A stretch of DNA of 64,000 nucleotides, from NCBI GenBank assembly GCA_000091205.1, contig AP006495.2; one strand, 5' to 3'. Shown piece by piece: positions 34,501-44,688 of the stretch. The position numbers were made by a program, and so were the translations under genes. Each line of letters begins with the position of its first letter. The first letter of the stretch is position 1. Origin of the DNA: Cyanidioschyzon merolae. Taxonomy: Eukaryota. The notes under the pieces were generated by a model. That model saw only the letters and a program-made list of their open reading frames with translations. It made no database searches and had not been told where the DNA came from.

Positions 34501-34557
34501 GCCGCGCTTTTTGCGGCACTGACTAAAGCAGCGACGGGAATGAGAACGCAGGTGCAT
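31519..34557 (-). CDS. Hypothetical large (1012 aa) type II membrane protein, function not recognised
   Basis: Uninterrupted 3 kb ORF with an N-terminal hydrophobic anchor (GGFLLVLVLLLSRWLG) and a large lumenal/extracellular domain; contains an internal (GCA)n Ala-rich tract. I could not assign a family, though a glycosyltransferase-like type II topology is plausible. Confidence 0.5.
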   Translation of the reverse strand: MHLRSHSRRCFSQCRKKRGIIRKRLLAGGFLLVLVLLLSRWLGRGPLRASPGSTEPEKLRVVGKLNNLVRPGHTGHLIEVLPTTGSLGVVIARFHDKRGQVQELFQGCFAVRKTDTSTANAAPQPVYVRVCPADEEKVTTSEELAETSSEYESLELWRHSLRSSPQESIWRRVGSGECLGVDTKTWQLVLGLENCIVWDEREKGTLSAGQIRLELQAPLLRLDRLRAKSLRNKRSNNVASANLPSAFKEVPEVLPWPLGAQTVRLESRTGRSTKALLLALDAPRLDVLAAISPAFRERHRSTIGMVTVRRYVPLSRYTPEDLQRTRFPPERMPPVDPKDRTIRYPAPASNVSSQHQTLAGHYVETKVERKNRTLCLSVTSLADRTVDLLPCESKHDDPDGQHQVWNRDGQRIYTALSHELCLDTETQRKLLPCPLRNVTCGGVYATVASVILSFWRDPVYMPTAAAASAAALSVDAAGMPSLSPEHEFIDKLHLFASNYPPDDEYLRVFRHNPTRINIHRWDEAFRDHLETSGAMPLERIQQSRHAIGTVNYYAALRGLDLFASPERDLVLLEDDVKAADDAWVNMLHTLRSIEHDLDSLAQAPNRRYSFPPNTSYAAQLYVPEKWHDPRLGWPYAFLEHSRIYGTQALVYPAGTRRRMVEHYLRGITQTQDPFLIPKYDLHLHDLDFPFFGLARSAFEHSGCASTGLGAGLHRSRTWTPCELVYSLERLATGTTVQAVRSHVWSGTKRSPPLVTASDLNRVERAPKQPVRFELVVMDDPATETEEIVSRPIARYASLSSLLAAAWADGATTLDRLEHIYFVGDDSGPIAHHQVMSMHPDAAACVEAVVRSPSTPIASEKILIFLQHQRPLFAEYALAFPDGWFTRLEGLIQRIRSSAAAHTNLPPLVMLGLYAKPSDGASPETVWNTTASNIYLDRASQRRWDDSVCEKLDLVVIAGAAEGKLGLLRQLLGSQRPRTLVELCRILQQSDLISPVLPDVHENANLYPVLETY

Positions 34558-36036
34558 GTTCTGGTGCTAGAGCAAACCCCAACAGGCATTCTAGGCAAGG
34601 CACAAACAATACATCCAGTTCTGGGAGAGTCCTGCGCTGGCGTGGCGCTACGATCGCCGCCATCAGGACGCGTGTCCAAGCTTTTAAATTTCTCTTCTAC
34701 AGCATGTTCCATCATGACATCCAGTAGCCTCCAGGAGTGGCTTCAGGAACCCTCTAAACGCCTTCAGATCGAAGCAGACACAAACTGCTGCAAGAGCAAA
34801 CCCGAAGTTGCGCTCTTAAACGATGCTGTTGTGAGTACGTCTGCTCTATTGGAGGCTGTAGGCCGGGGCGGCACCACAGGAAGCGAAACGGTCGGAGCTA
34901 CCAGGGCCAAACTGGAGAAGCGTGTTTACTTCCAGATCGCGCAGTGTGCGAGTCTTGGTCCAGACTCGCCCGTAGCGGTCGTTGCGAAAGCACTGCGTTT
35001 TTACGAGGTCGAGGAGTTGGATGCGCTCTTTCAGCGGTGCCTGCAAGAGCTTGCTCGGTTACCGCTCCGCGAAGGGCGCACTCCCGCATACGTGGCGTGC
35101 GTGCGTGACTGGTTAGAGGCGTTACAGTCGTACGCACAACGTTATCGTGAGGGTGCTTGCTCACGACTAGTACCCGAAGACGTATCGACGCCAAACACGC
35201 AACCGGAAACGGCAACTGAGCAGTCGGGGGAGACGCTGTCGTTTGCGGCACCGACGCCGCCACCGACACCAGCGGCTGATGAAGGACAAAGTTCCAGACT
35301 CTCGCTTGAGAAAATGGCGCCTGGTACAGTTTCGACGACAGCTGCGAACAGGGAAGCGCTTCTTTCCCAGATAGAAGCAGCGGGGGACGCGATCACCACC
35401 GTGTTGCGACCGACGCGTGCAGTACCGGCAAAAGCCCCCGCCGCCACGGAACCTGTTCGCTGTGAGCCAGCTCCGCCCGTCACGACGGTACCCACTCAAC
35501 AGAAGTCACATGAGTCAGGCGAGACACCGCTTCTACTCTTCGAGCGCACCGCAAACCGCTGGCGAATTGAACACTTTCGGGCGCTCTCTGCGGAGCCGCT
35601 GCAGGTGTCGATCTGTCACCCCCGCGAAACCGTCTACGTTTACCGATGCGAAAAACAGAGTATCAAAATTAGAAACAAATGCAATACGCTTATGCTGGAC
35701 GCTTGTCGCGACGTGGTGGTGCTTTTCGAGAGTGTTGTTTCAGCTGTCGAGGTTGTCCGATGCAGCAAGTGCAGACTGCACTTTACCGGCTGCGTACCGT
35801 CCATCTCGATCGACAACTGCGATAGCATCGTATTGTACGGAATGCCGGGCCAAGTCATCACATGCTGCGCAACGGCAGTGACGATCGTCGAGCCAGACGG
35901 TGACACCGAGCGGGAGACGCCGATCCCCCAGCAGTTCATCACCCGTCGGCAGAGTGAGGAGGCGGCTGCGGCTGCTCGTACGGAAACGGCGCACCGGTGG
36001 GTCACGGAGCCGCTCAAACATTCGGGCGCTGAATGA
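34540..36036 (+). CDS. TBCC/C-CAP-domain protein (tubulin folding cofactor C / RP2-like)
   Basis: The C-terminal beta-helix-like block with periodic Cys/Asn, VYVYRCEKQSIKIRNKCNTLMLDACRDVVVLFESVVSAVEVVRCSKCRLHFTGCVPSISIDNCDSIVLYG, resembles the TBCC domain (ENCEDCTI.L.G.VSS.VFIDNCKNC...). The N-terminal half is Ala/Pro-rich and low-complexity. Confidence 0.4.
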   Translation: MRTQVHVLVLEQTPTGILGKAQTIHPVLGESCAGVALRSPPSGRVSKLLNFSSTACSIMTSSSLQEWLQEPSKRLQIEADTNCCKSKPEVALLNDAVVSTSALLEAVGRGGTTGSETVGATRAKLEKRVYFQIAQCASLGPDSPVAVVAKALRFYEVEELDALFQRCLQELARLPLREGRTPAYVACVRDWLEALQSYAQRYREGACSRLVPEDVSTPNTQPETATEQSGETLSFAAPTPPPTPAADEGQSSRLSLEKMAPGTVSTTAANREALLSQIEAAGDAITTVLRPTRAVPAKAPAATEPVRCEPAPPVTTVPTQQKSHESGETPLLLFERTANRWRIEHFRALSAEPLQVSICHPRETVYVYRCEKQSIKIRNKCNTLMLDACRDVVVLFESVVSAVEVVRCSKCRLHFTGCVPSISIDNCDSIVLYGMPGQVITCCATAVTIVEPDGDTERETPIPQQFITRRQSEEAAAAARTETAHRWVTEPLKHSGAE

Positions 36037-37801
36037 AACCACGATCAAAGGGGCCCCACAATCGCCCCAGCCACGTACCTTCTGTCTCCTGTACTCGGAG
36101 GCAGGATACTGGTAAAGTGAGGGCTTTTTTCAGCTTCGAGACGTAAGCTCGACGATGAAAGTTATCAAAGTCGTTCTCTTCGATCGCATCCAGAATTTGA
36201 CGGTACATGTCGAGAGATGCCCGAATCGGCAGTCGCGCGCTTGGGTGCAGCTTCGCGATCCCGCACTCCGCAGTTCGATAATAGGCTCGCACGCGAGCGA
36301 TCTGGAACTTTATCAGTTCCTGATATCGATCGTTGACAACGCTGGCGAAGAGTTCATCTTCCGTATAGCCAAAGTAGCGCATTTCTTCTTGAGGTAAGTA
36401 GACGCGTCCGCGGAGTGCATCCTCTCCGACGTCACGGAGGATATTGGTGAGTTGTAAGGCGATACCAAGCGCGAGGGCTGATTCCACGGCCTCGGCTTCG
36501 CTCTTGCAGTGCTCTGGATCGACACCGAGGATGGGCAGCGCCATGAGTCCTACGGTGCCTGCGACTCGGTAGCAATAGAGGTAAAGCTCGTCAAACGTCT
36601 CGTAGCGGGCGCGATCAACGTCCATAAGCATGCCCTGAATCATGTCTCGGAACGGGTCTATGCGGAGGCCGGGATAGTTCCGCACCGTGTCTGCTAGAGC
36701 GAGATCCAGAGCATCCTGCGGATAGCCGGCCCAAACCTGCTCCAACCGGCTCTCCCATTCGCTGAGCTTCTGTCGCAGACTGGCATCACGCTGTCGCACT
36801 CGAGGTCCATCGACGAGGTCATCTGTTCGCCGACACCATACATACACGGCCCAGATGGCATCTCGTTTGCGTTTCGGGAGAAATAGCGTGCCCAGATAAA
36901 ATGTCTTGGCGAAGATGGATGTGATTCGGCCGCATTCTTTGTACGCCTGCTGTAAAAGTCTTTGTCTTCTTCGGTAGAAAGCCACCTGTCGCTCAAAATG
37001 CGATAGACCGATTACTCCAGTGGTCGTGTCCCAGGGAAACACGCGCTTCGGTGTCGTTTGCGGCAGCGTCAGGAAACTGCCGCCCATCGAGGCGTCATTG
37101 GCCAGGAGCGCGTCGGCCGCGTCTAGCCCCTCGTTAGTCGGTGACGACAAGGGAGGCGTTTCCCACGCGCCTGGCTGCTTCGCGAAAACTTCGTCAACGG
37201 TGTCCTGCGCTCGAGATCCTGCAGGTTCGCTAGTACGAAACGAGCGCACCGCTCGTTCAAGAATCCCGTACGGATGAAGAGCTTCACCAGACCAGGTCTT
37301 GGGCGCGCCCCGCGACGCACCGTTCGCAACTGAGTTGCAGTCGTCCGACTGACTCTGGCCCGCGTTTTCCGCTTTAGATGCGTCTCGACCAGCACTGGAA
37401 CGCCATTCCCCTTTGAGCTGCCTAGGATCACTGGTCTGTCCGGAGGACGGCTTCCAGTCACTGTCTCGCGCCGAACGTGCCTCGAGGTGGGCAGTCCACA
37501 CCCGTCGACAGTACATAGTGTGACGCGCCCTCTGAAGCGCCCTCCGACGTCTGGTCGCCTTTTCCACTCGTTGCGTACAGCACCCTTCTTCGACGGGTGA
37601 CGATGACCTTGAAATATGTGGATCCAGGCATAATTGCCACATCTGCAACGCTTTCCGACACCAGAACGGCTCACAGCAGCGGCGGCAGCAGCAGCGGCGG
37701 CAGCAGCAGCAGCAGCAGTAGCGTACGCTTTGGCGAAGCGCACCGGCGCAATCGGCCGTGCGGCACTGGTGGCGGCGTCTGCTTCGCGCATGTCCCTGCA
37801 C
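36014..37801 (-). CDS. PSY: Phytoene synthase (PSY/CrtB, squalene/phytoene synthase family) with long N-terminal extension
   Basis: Signatures AVYVWCRRTDDLVDGP (first DxxxD), YCYRVAGTVGLM and NILRDVGEDALRGRVYLPQEEM (PSY-specific second Asp-rich box). The catalytic domain occupies about the last 330 aa. The first ~60 codons of the track ORF run through a (CAG/CGG)n repeat (poly-Cys/Arg) and are probably upstream of the real start. The 3' end overlaps the convergent TBCC gene by about 23 bp. Confidence 0.75.
   Translation of the reverse strand: MQGHARSRRRHQCRTADCAGALRQSVRYCCCCCCRRCCCRRCCEPFWCRKALQMWQLCLDPHISRSSSPVEEGCCTQRVEKATRRRRALQRARHTMYCRRVWTAHLEARSARDSDWKPSSGQTSDPRQLKGEWRSSAGRDASKAENAGQSQSDDCNSVANGASRGAPKTWSGEALHPYGILERAVRSFRTSEPAGSRAQDTVDEVFAKQPGAWETPPLSSPTNEGLDAADALLANDASMGGSFLTLPQTTPKRVFPWDTTTGVIGLSHFERQVAFYRRRQRLLQQAYKECGRITSIFAKTFYLGTLFLPKRKRDAIWAVYVWCRRTDDLVDGPRVRQRDASLRQKLSEWESRLEQVWAGYPQDALDLALADTVRNYPGLRIDPFRDMIQGMLMDVDRARYETFDELYLYCYRVAGTVGLMALPILGVDPEHCKSEAEAVESALALGIALQLTNILRDVGEDALRGRVYLPQEEMRYFGYTEDELFASVVNDRYQELIKFQIARVRAYYRTAECGIAKLHPSARLPIRASLDMYRQILDAIEENDFDNFHRRAYVSKLKKALTLPVSCLRVQETEGTWLGRLWGPFDRGFIQRPNV
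37674..37722. repeat. GC-rich trinucleotide repeat (CAG/CGG)n, about 50 bp
   Basis: cagcagcggcggcagcagcagcggcggcagcagcagcagcagcagtag; in the 5' region of the PSY ORF. Confidence 0.8.
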
Positions 37802-38368
37802 TGTTGACGATGAAAGTGATACACGGAAGTGCTGGCTCTCTTCCTGGGTATCGACGTTTTCCGAAAGTCATTTTAGGTGCAGGTCTCGGATATACAAAGC
37901 GCAGCAATAAGTGGTTGCGGATTCATGCGTGCTTTGGGAGTCTCGGTTGGGGTTTCGGAGCGGTGTTGTTCGCTCATTGCCGATCGAGCTTGGTACATCA
38001 CCGGAATCAAAGTGATTCGCTTAGCAACCAAACGAGGGCTGGTAAAATAATTGGTATCATCATTTTATTTGTACATATGATCATCCACTCTTCTGGTTTC
38101 CGTACGTGTAGCGTGTTCCAATCACGCATTCTTCAGGTTTTCGGTCGTGCTGTTTCAGGGCAACTCGTGGGCGCTGCGATTCGCGCCTGTGGATTGACAA
38201 GGAATGATACGCGATCTTGTTTTCTGAGGAACCGTGCAGAGGCTTCTGCTGAAAGATCACTGAGCTCTTCATGTCATATAGGTATAGAGATTCCACTAAA
38301 GGAAGGATATTCCTCTCCTTGTTTCTATATCGACGACGATACTGGATTCGACACCAGCATAATCCCAT

Positions 38369-39085
38369 TTACGGAATATGCTCCCCGAGACGAGAGTGTC
38401 TTGTGTTTGCGTGCAACTGGTGTTGTATTCTGACTTGAGCCACTGCAGCAATCGCTTTAGTAAAGCATGCGTCACGGATGTGCGCGAAGGGAGCGTAGAC
38501 AGATCGAAATATCTCGACTTGTTCTCCAGCCTGGATTTCGCGTCTGTTATTTGATTCGTCATAGAGAACATCGTATTCCGCAAATCCTCTATCGAATGGG
38601 ACAGCGTGTGCTTGCACGTGCAACGGACGGCGCACTCGCGAAGGGTATCGCCCAGAACAAGCCCCGTGATCGTAGAGTACGGTACCGGGCAAGGAACGAG
38701 AGATGGGCATCGAGGGAAGCCTTCTGTACGCGTCACGGGCACGTAACGAAAGATGAAGCAAGCGTTGACGCGCCTCGGTGCGACGCTCGTTGGAGGTAGC
38801 GGTGTGGCGGCCGTTTAGGAAAGCCAGGCCATATTCAAAACTCACTGCTGCACAGGACGCACCGAAGCTTTGTACAAATAGGATAGTGAAAATGGCAAGT
38901 GCAGTGCAGATCGCTACTACCGCATCTGCATGAATTACGTTGACAACTGCCGAAAGCAACATAAGCGGGACGAAACTGCTGCCATCAACACCCTTCGACT
39001 GTTGGAAACGGAGCTGGACGGGCACGCGAGACCGACGCGTTTGAAGCCAGGGAGAACGGAGTGGAAAAGGAAGCAGTCTCAGCAA
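38369..39085 (-). CDS. Hypothetical protein (238 aa), unassigned
   Basis: ORF only; the Arg-rich N-terminus could be a presequence. There is no recognisable motif and it could be spurious. Confidence 0.2.
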   Translation of the reverse strand: MLRLLPFPLRSPWLQTRRSRVPVQLRFQQSKGVDGSSFVPLMLLSAVVNVIHADAVVAICTALAIFTILFVQSFGASCAAVSFEYGLAFLNGRHTATSNERRTEARQRLLHLSLRARDAYRRLPSMPISRSLPGTVLYDHGACSGRYPSRVRRPLHVQAHAVPFDRGFAEYDVLYDESNNRREIQAGEQVEIFRSVYAPFAHIRDACFTKAIAAVAQVRIQHQLHANTRHSRLGEHIP

Positions 39086-39635
39086 ATGCGGTCAAAGGCT
39101 GGCGTCGATGGCAATCTGAACAGGGCCAAACTTTGGAGTCCACGCCCGTATCCCATGACATGTTCCATTTTGTTCTGTTATTTGGAGTAGCGTGGGACAG
39201 CGTGACGCGAAGCGTCGTTTGGGAGCTTCCAGGTATTTCGCAACTGCAAATGCGAAGGTAAAGACGTTTAGGTCCCGATCGATGGCGTCCGAGTTCTTGT
39301 CACTGCTGACGAATACGTCTACGAGACCCTGAGGGCAAGCGCGTCCTTCGCGGCTGGGGGCCTTTTTCAGAGGACAGCGCAGTGTTTGCCCCATTGGCTA
39401 CTGGTATGCGGTTTCTTGGTAGTCTCTCTTGCAGGCTTCCAACTAGTAGAGCTACCCCATTGGACCTCCTTTACAGCTTCAGAACTGACAAGCAGGCTGG
39501 AAAAAACATCTAGCCGGTGCGTCGATGATTCAACCGTCGAAACGCAATGCAAAGCTTTGTATGGTACATTGAATCCTGAATAGATTGGAATCACTTTCCT
39601 TTTTCGGTCCAGATATGTAGTGCGACATCCTCCGT

Positions 39636-40742
<1,107 letters not shown>

Positions 40743-40780
40743 CTACGCACTCGCCCCGCGGCGAATGCCGTCCAATCGAT

Positions 40781-41005
40781 GTACGATTTTTTTTCCTGAC
40801 AAAACGTTTACGTGGGCCAGCGTTCTCCAATTGTGCGCATATTTCTTTTCTTTCTTTTTTTGTGCTCTTTTTTCAGTGCGCAGTGAAGTATCCATCAAAC
40901 GCCCTACCTCCATGTTACATTACCTATACTTTTTCTCGGATATTCTGGTCGTTTCATACGTCCAATCGTGTGCGCCTAGTACCTGCCCAAATCATCCGTC
41001 TTTGC
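40781..41005 (-). mobile_element. SINE-like short retroposon, copy C (sense on minus strand; T-run at 40781-40789 is the A-tail)
   Basis: Collinear with copy B over about 225 bp, including the shared 5' segment GGCAGG(C/T)ACTAGGC(G/A)CACAC that copy A lacks. Confidence 0.5.
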
Positions 41006-41318
41006 GCTTGAACCGCTGGGGCAGATAGTTCATAGAACTAGAACGGTTTTTCTACAGCACAGAGGGCGTCGGCTCGAGGCGTGCTTCACCCGACGTAGAA
41101 TCGGGTCTCGTCGTCAGTTTGTGCTCAGACAGTCTGCGGATGCAGGCTTGCCTTCGCTGCACGACACGCTGGAGAAACTTGGCTGTTCGGATATATCCTG
41201 GGAGCCGCCTCTCTCCTTCGTGACCATGTGTGGGATGCGTTGTTGTCGGTTGGCAACCCGGGTGTAAATCGGCGTACGATGCTGCGGTTGGAAGTACAGT
41301 AGCGGCGGTGAACGCGCC

Positions 41319-43512
41319 TTAGACAAAACGTCTCCAACCGACGTGCAGACGCCTCCACGTCTTTCTCGGCCGGCCACCGAATACTGCTTCCAACTTTTTC
41401 TCACATAATACCACCTTGAGAGGTTGTTCAACAAAATTCCCTCTTGTGAAGTCTGGAGGCCTTGTCTCCAGCACCGCACATCTCCTTGTATTGATAGCGG
41501 CGTTAGAGTCTCTGTTCACAAACTCCATACATTTCTTTCCATCACTGGTTGTACTTACTAACGCAAGCAATCCACGAACTTTCGCTCCCCTTTCCACTTG
41601 CTGTTCCGTCAGCGCACCGTACTTTTTTCTATCCTCAGGGCTCCGCTGACGCTTTTCCATATCGACCCTCTGGAGTGTATAGGACGTTCGGGACTCATCT
41701 ACAGGTATCGTAACGAAACGCCGTGCACACTTCTTGTACGTTCTTGTCGTTGGAGCTGGTGTACACCCTTTTCGGGTCTTCCAGCGTCCTGCTCCATATG
41801 CTACTGCGGGCCTCTAACTCTCATTCTCCTTGAGGGTGCTCAATTGATTGAAAAAGTTGGCGAATGCACGCTGCTTACTACAGTATAGATTCATTCGCAG
41901 ACGAGCCCAGCGGGGCTTTGTATACTCCTCCCACAGCGCCTCCCAATGAGCAACACGAACTTTCACGAATTTCCGAAAAGCTTGAAAGTCTGCTCCGCGG
42001 CTCGTCACCTCGCCCAAAGCTTCTGGGTGATCCTTCATTCCTGCGTTCCACGTGTCAATTTTCTTCCTTGCATTCATGATTCCCGATTCTCAATAGTACC
42101 TTGCTCTCGGGAATCTCAACAGAAGCATATCTTTCTGAAGCAAGTTACCGTCAGTACCATCTTCCGCACGTTTGGGTTTTGCGATAGTTATGATATTTGT
42201 GTTTCAGGGTCCGCGCCAACGATAAAGTCGTTATCCTGCACTTTCTGCAACGCAGGTTCCGCCTCCTCCTTCTCTTCATCCTTCGTCACGTCAACGACAA
42301 GGTCGTTATCCTGCACTTTCTGCGTCGCAGGATCCTCCTCCTTCTCATCTTCATCCTTCGTCACGGGCGATGCCAAAGGCGAACCAGTACGATCTTTCTT
42401 CAACCGCCGATAGTGTACATACACGGCTACTCCATCGGTTTCGATCAACCCAGTGAATACCTTTTTTCTGCTCACTCTCAGACGTTTGGAATCGAAGATA
42501 TTCTTCCAGTGGGTCTCCCGGTTTTCGCCAGTGAAGTCCTCCCTGCTGACATTGACCTCCGGACTGATCTCCCTCATGATGCCGAAAAGGACTCTGGAGT
42601 CGATACTCACAAAAAATGTGAATTGATGGTGCACATTGGAACCACGTTGAAGCGCTTCCCCATTAGGAAAGCCTTCCGTCTCTCCCATTCTTCATTTTTT
42701 TCCTCACTCAGCTTCATCTCCGGTTTGACTTCGAGCTTTCGGTCCAGAAACACGAAACAGCGCAGGACGAGGCGATTGTATCTTTCCTTATCTTTTTTCA
42801 ACTCTGTGATCTTGTCTGTTGGATTCGCCAACCCCAGTACCGCACGGTGCTCTCGTATAGCCGCACGGATCGCAGCAGCTTTATTCGTGCTCCTGCGTAA
42901 CGCCTTCTTGTCGACAAATTCGACCTCATCTTCATGCTTGCGATCGTTCGTGATGCCATTGATAATCGCCCATATTCCTTTGCGAGAGATGCCCGGGTAC
43001 AGCGCAAACACGGCGCGTCTCATGAAACGTTCGAGGTTCATTGTCAAATGGTTCTTCAGGTTCGTGATGTACATCATCGCTCCGTGTATGTAAATATTCG
43101 AGTCACCCTTGCATCGAGTACCCTCGAAGCGGAATTCCGTGAGGTTTTCGTGGAGGGTATGCACTAGCACATTTTCGCTCCGCGCTTCCCCTGTACCAAA
43201 GATGAGGTGACAAACAAAGGTCTTCTCGAGGATCTCGTCTGGAATCTCGACTGTTTTGATGTCCGTCACGTCGCGATACATCTCCGTCGCCATATGCATT
43301 AGTCCTGACGACGTCTTTAGAATAGTCTTGGAGTACGAATCGACACGGTTTCTGATGGCGTCTCCCAACTTTTCCTTGTTCGGATCCTTGATATGTTTAA
43401 AAAGAGCGGCTTCCACCACCATCTCGCCGTACTGGCGTCTTTCTTGCGGTCGTTGACGTCGGGCACCCTGCATTTGCTTCTTGGTCGTCTCCTGGTCCTC
43501 TTTGCTCGGCAC
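41319..43512 (-). pseudogene. Fanzor1-like (eukaryotic TnpB/OMEGA RuvC nuclease) gene relic on an AT-rich island, split into at least 4 frame-shifted ORF segments
   Basis: Consecutive minus-strand ORFs 43512-42607, 42688-42188, 42077-41814 and about 41815-41319 tile about 2.2 kb (about 730 aa), a Fanzor1-like size. The last segment reads ...TIPVDESRTSYT...GKKCMEFVNRDSNAAINTRRC. VDE.RTS corresponds to the TS..C.. block and NRD-x-NAA-x-N is RuvC-III. A middle segment has a RuvC-I-like [12 protein letters not shown]. Local GC is clearly lower (about 45 %) than surrounding host DNA. Confidence 0.5.
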
Positions 43513-44688
43513 TGTTTTTTATCCGCCAGCCGGCGACACTGTGCGTCCGTGGTCCTCCACTTGCATTTCTATGCTTTTATATTTTTGAAAACGGACCCGC
43601 TTCGAACACTTCTGGTATATACACCGAAAAATCACTTGAATATACTTGCTTCAGGCTTGAAATACTATTGGACAGAGATTTATACTTTGCTACGACTTCG
43701 ACGCAAATACATCTTGCCCGATACAGCAACAGTTCAACTAGTGGTCAGGATCGTGTTTCCCTTCAACGTCGAGATGCATGCCGTACCCCATGCATGCTAG
43801 ATATGGAGGTACACGTATCGACAACGCTATAGGAGAAAAAGAAAAGAACGAACCGCTAGCTAGCAACCAGATGACAATTTCTTCCCCCCTATGCTAAACC
43901 TAAAAGGCGGCAAAAAGTTTTCCGTATTTTCGAAAGCTTACCTTCTAGGCAGAAGGTCACGCGTGCCAGCCGGATCTGCTTCGCTAGCGCGTCATGCTCT
44001 TCCCAGTGGTGGGTGCTGAGGCGCGACTTGGGCAACTCGCCCGCAACGCGGTTTACTCTGCCACTCGGAGCGAGTATGCTGTGTCTGGCCGTCGCACTGG
44101 GAGCAATAGTGCCCTAATATATCGCTTCGCGCTTTAATGGGAAGTATGTCTGTCTGCGCGGTTTGCAGGCTCCCGGAATGATAATTTATCCTGATTCCGC
44201 CTCGGATGAACGGTGCCTCGAGGTGGCGCCCCCAGTGGTATAGCAAAGCCTTTCTGTCTCTATGATGCATCTGCACCAGCGGTATACGCGTTACGGCTGG
44301 TGCTCTCTACAGGTTCGACGCACAATGGATTGTAGAAAACGATCAGTACGCCCGAGAAGGAGTCCAGGTTATGGAACCTGGAAGTAAGGGGATCGATGGA
44401 TGCTCCACCGCGCGCTTATACCAGGCGCACAGTCGGGGAACACAGCCCAGAGTCACGGAGCTGTCAATTAGAACAAGGCATCGAACGCGGCCGGCGGCGG
44501 TTGGGCGCGCTCGAAATGCATTTGCATCAACTAGCATGAATGGGGAACGTACGTTTGCCCGTGAAAATCTCGTTACTGGGATAGGATGCTGGTGATCTCG
44601 TAGAGTGCCTTGGAATCCACAAGTGAAATGCTGCGTTATTCACAAAAAAACTATTGTCGTTCTGTTTAGTTTGAGTCTGTGAGCTGGA

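Noticed and set aside
37597-38433. 278-aa plus-strand ORF with poly-Ser/Gly
   Set aside because: It reads through the GC trinucleotide repeat antisense to the 5' end of the PSY ORF. It has no conserved features and is very likely a GC-rich open-frame artefact.
41630-41645. Apparent one-nucleotide disagreement between the printed sequence and the ORF track
   Set aside because: I read four G in ...tcaggg/gctcc..., while the track translations of ORFs 41598-41888 (+) and 41319-41660 (-) require three. I cannot resolve this without tools, and I probably miscounted. It does not affect any call; hand-derived coordinates are flagged as ±1.
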